Shown: in pieces, positions 62,300-64,000 of the stretch
Position numbering within the stretch: position 1 is the stretch's first letter
How the letters are laid out: each line of letters opens with the position of its first letter
Made by a program: the position numbers and the translations under genes
NCBI GenBank assembly: GCA_949358305.1
Contig: OX442314.1
Span: 22,444,001-22,508,000 of the forward strand
Source of the DNA: Strigamia acuminata
Taxonomy: Eukaryota
Length of the DNA: 64,000 bases
Direction: 5' to 3'
Notes under the pieces: model-generated
Told to the model about the DNA's origin: nothing
Database searches by the model: none
Seen by the model: only the letters and a program-made list of their open reading frames with translations

Positions 62300-64000
62300 T
62301 TAATTCTCGTCCGACCTGTCTTCGCTGCTCGCCGACCAAATTAACAAATACGAGAGGCAAACGGCGAGAACGGCCATCGAAATCGTTAGCAGAAGAACTA
62401 GAAACAAACAAACAAAACGTCAAGAAAAACATTCCAAAATCAAATTAAGTAAATGAAGCAACACCTAGTAAGTTGCACGTCGATTTCGATGTGGTCGGAA
62501 TGGAAAGAATGTCGGACGTGGACGGAACCAAACAGCCGCGCTCCGACGGCACCCGCTGCAAATCACCTTCTTCTAATCAAACACAGAATTAAAATTATAA
62601 TTATTTCTATCAATACAATACAATAAGAACAATGCAATTTACCCGCCAACCGTTCGTATTGGAATTCCACTTGATCTTCGGTCAAATCCAATCCGAGCAA
62701 TTCTTTGTAGGCCGCCAACGAATCCCGCGCTTTTTCGCCCGGAAATAGGTAGTCCGAGACCGTGATATCGCTTCCGGTTAGGTTGGCGAACACTCGGCGC
62801 GGCGGTTCGTGAACTACGTTCGGGTCCTGTTGATCTTCGTCGATTAAGAGAAGATCTAGAAGATCTTCGCAGTGGATTTCGCAACGCGCGATCAAACTGC
62901 GAATGATGTCCTGTCGCACGGCCTCTTCCGCTTCGCCCACGGTCGCTCGCGCGTGCACGTACGAGCGGCTCTGGAGGGTTCCTCGCAGCTGCATCTTGAA
63001 TTGGCATTCTTCGATCACGCAGGCCGATTCGTCGCCAATTCGGGACAGCTGTTGCATGTAAACGTCGGCGGAGTGAAGTTTCTCGCTCGAAACGGATTCC
63101 TTGCTCTTCGCTTTCTGCTGCGTTTTACTCGTCGCTTCTTCCAAAAATTCGTTTGCCTTTCGCACTTTGCCGTTCACCGATACCATGCTCATTTTAAGCG
63201 CCGTGAAAAAAGGCAAAACCCCCGCCTTGTCAAGGAAAAAATTAAATTAAATTAAATTAAATTAAATTAAAATGTACAACTTACGTGAATTTGCTTGTGG
63301 AGCGAACACGTGGTTTGATCCGCGTTGAACGGAAAGGAAAAATCCAAGGCGACGCGACAATCTAAGCGATGCCACGTTGAGTGCACTTGATATTTAAATT
63401 CGGCAGGTTTAATGAAATTCTGCAAATTTGATACGTCTAAACTTCTGGCCACCACCCTGCAATTAACATCAAACCAAATCATCACAATTCAATTCCAATT
63501 CCAATTCCCTTCTCCTTTACTTCTCATTCGTGGAACAAACGTGAAGAATCACTTTATCCATCGCGGCGCTTGACGAAATTTGGAATTCATTACGATCCAA
63601 AAACTTAAAAACCGCTAAAATAAACTGCAAAACAAAAAGAATAATATGAATAATATTTTCAAAAATTTAATTTTGACCACTCATCGCGACCTGTTTGATT
63701 TTTTGATACGTTTGAGCAGGTAAGGCATCCGCTGGACTGACCACAAATATGCCTAAAATGTTTAATCCACCTGGCAACATTCGCACAACCTGCAAACAAA
63801 CAATGCCAGCAATTTTAGAAACAAACCCATCTGCCATTAGTTGACAATATCAAATTTCAATACTTGTCTGGCTTGCTGTATGATCCATTTCTCGTCCTCA
63901 TCCTCCCAGTGTATTTGCTTCGCTTCCGCCTTATTCGACTTCTGGCTCTTTTTCTCGTTCCCCGACGTGTTTACATCCTTCGGAAGCGGCGCCAAATGGC
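62300..64000 (-). CDS. ODR4: Second, inverted ODR4 copy (5' end beyond the window)
   Basis: Reverse complement of ~58340-60032 with scattered SNPs and an in-frame 9-bp duplication (EDLLDLLL); splice sites retained. Confidence 0.88.

Overview
AT-rich, gene-dense eukaryotic DNA with 55-80 nt GT-AG introns, from an invertebrate animal, probably an arthropod. The left third (1-21 kb) holds conserved housekeeping genes: NADK2, kinesin-13/KIF2A, LIG4, importin-13, a FAM151-family gene and a secreted four-MAM-domain protein. The middle (21-57 kb) is a tandem cluster of orphan secreted Cys-rich helical proteins. Family A has 5 genes plus a pseudogene and family B has 2 genes. Two very young LTR retroelements have inserted into the cluster. 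Element 1 (28163-40502, minus strand) is a complete Ty3/gypsy retrotransposon with gag and pol joined by a -1 frameshift signal. In the env position it carries an unexpected three-exon, intron-containing ~819-aa gene with its own promoter-like motifs. Element 2 (44891-51800, minus strand) has LTRs, PBS, PPT and TSD but no gag/pol motifs. It encodes one intact 1430-aa orphan protein, shares its primer-binding site with element 1 and interrupts an exon of a family-B gene. The right end (58-64 kb) is an inverted duplication of ODR4 with scrambled neugrin (NGRN) pieces in between. All gene models and comparisons were made by eye; no database searches were run.
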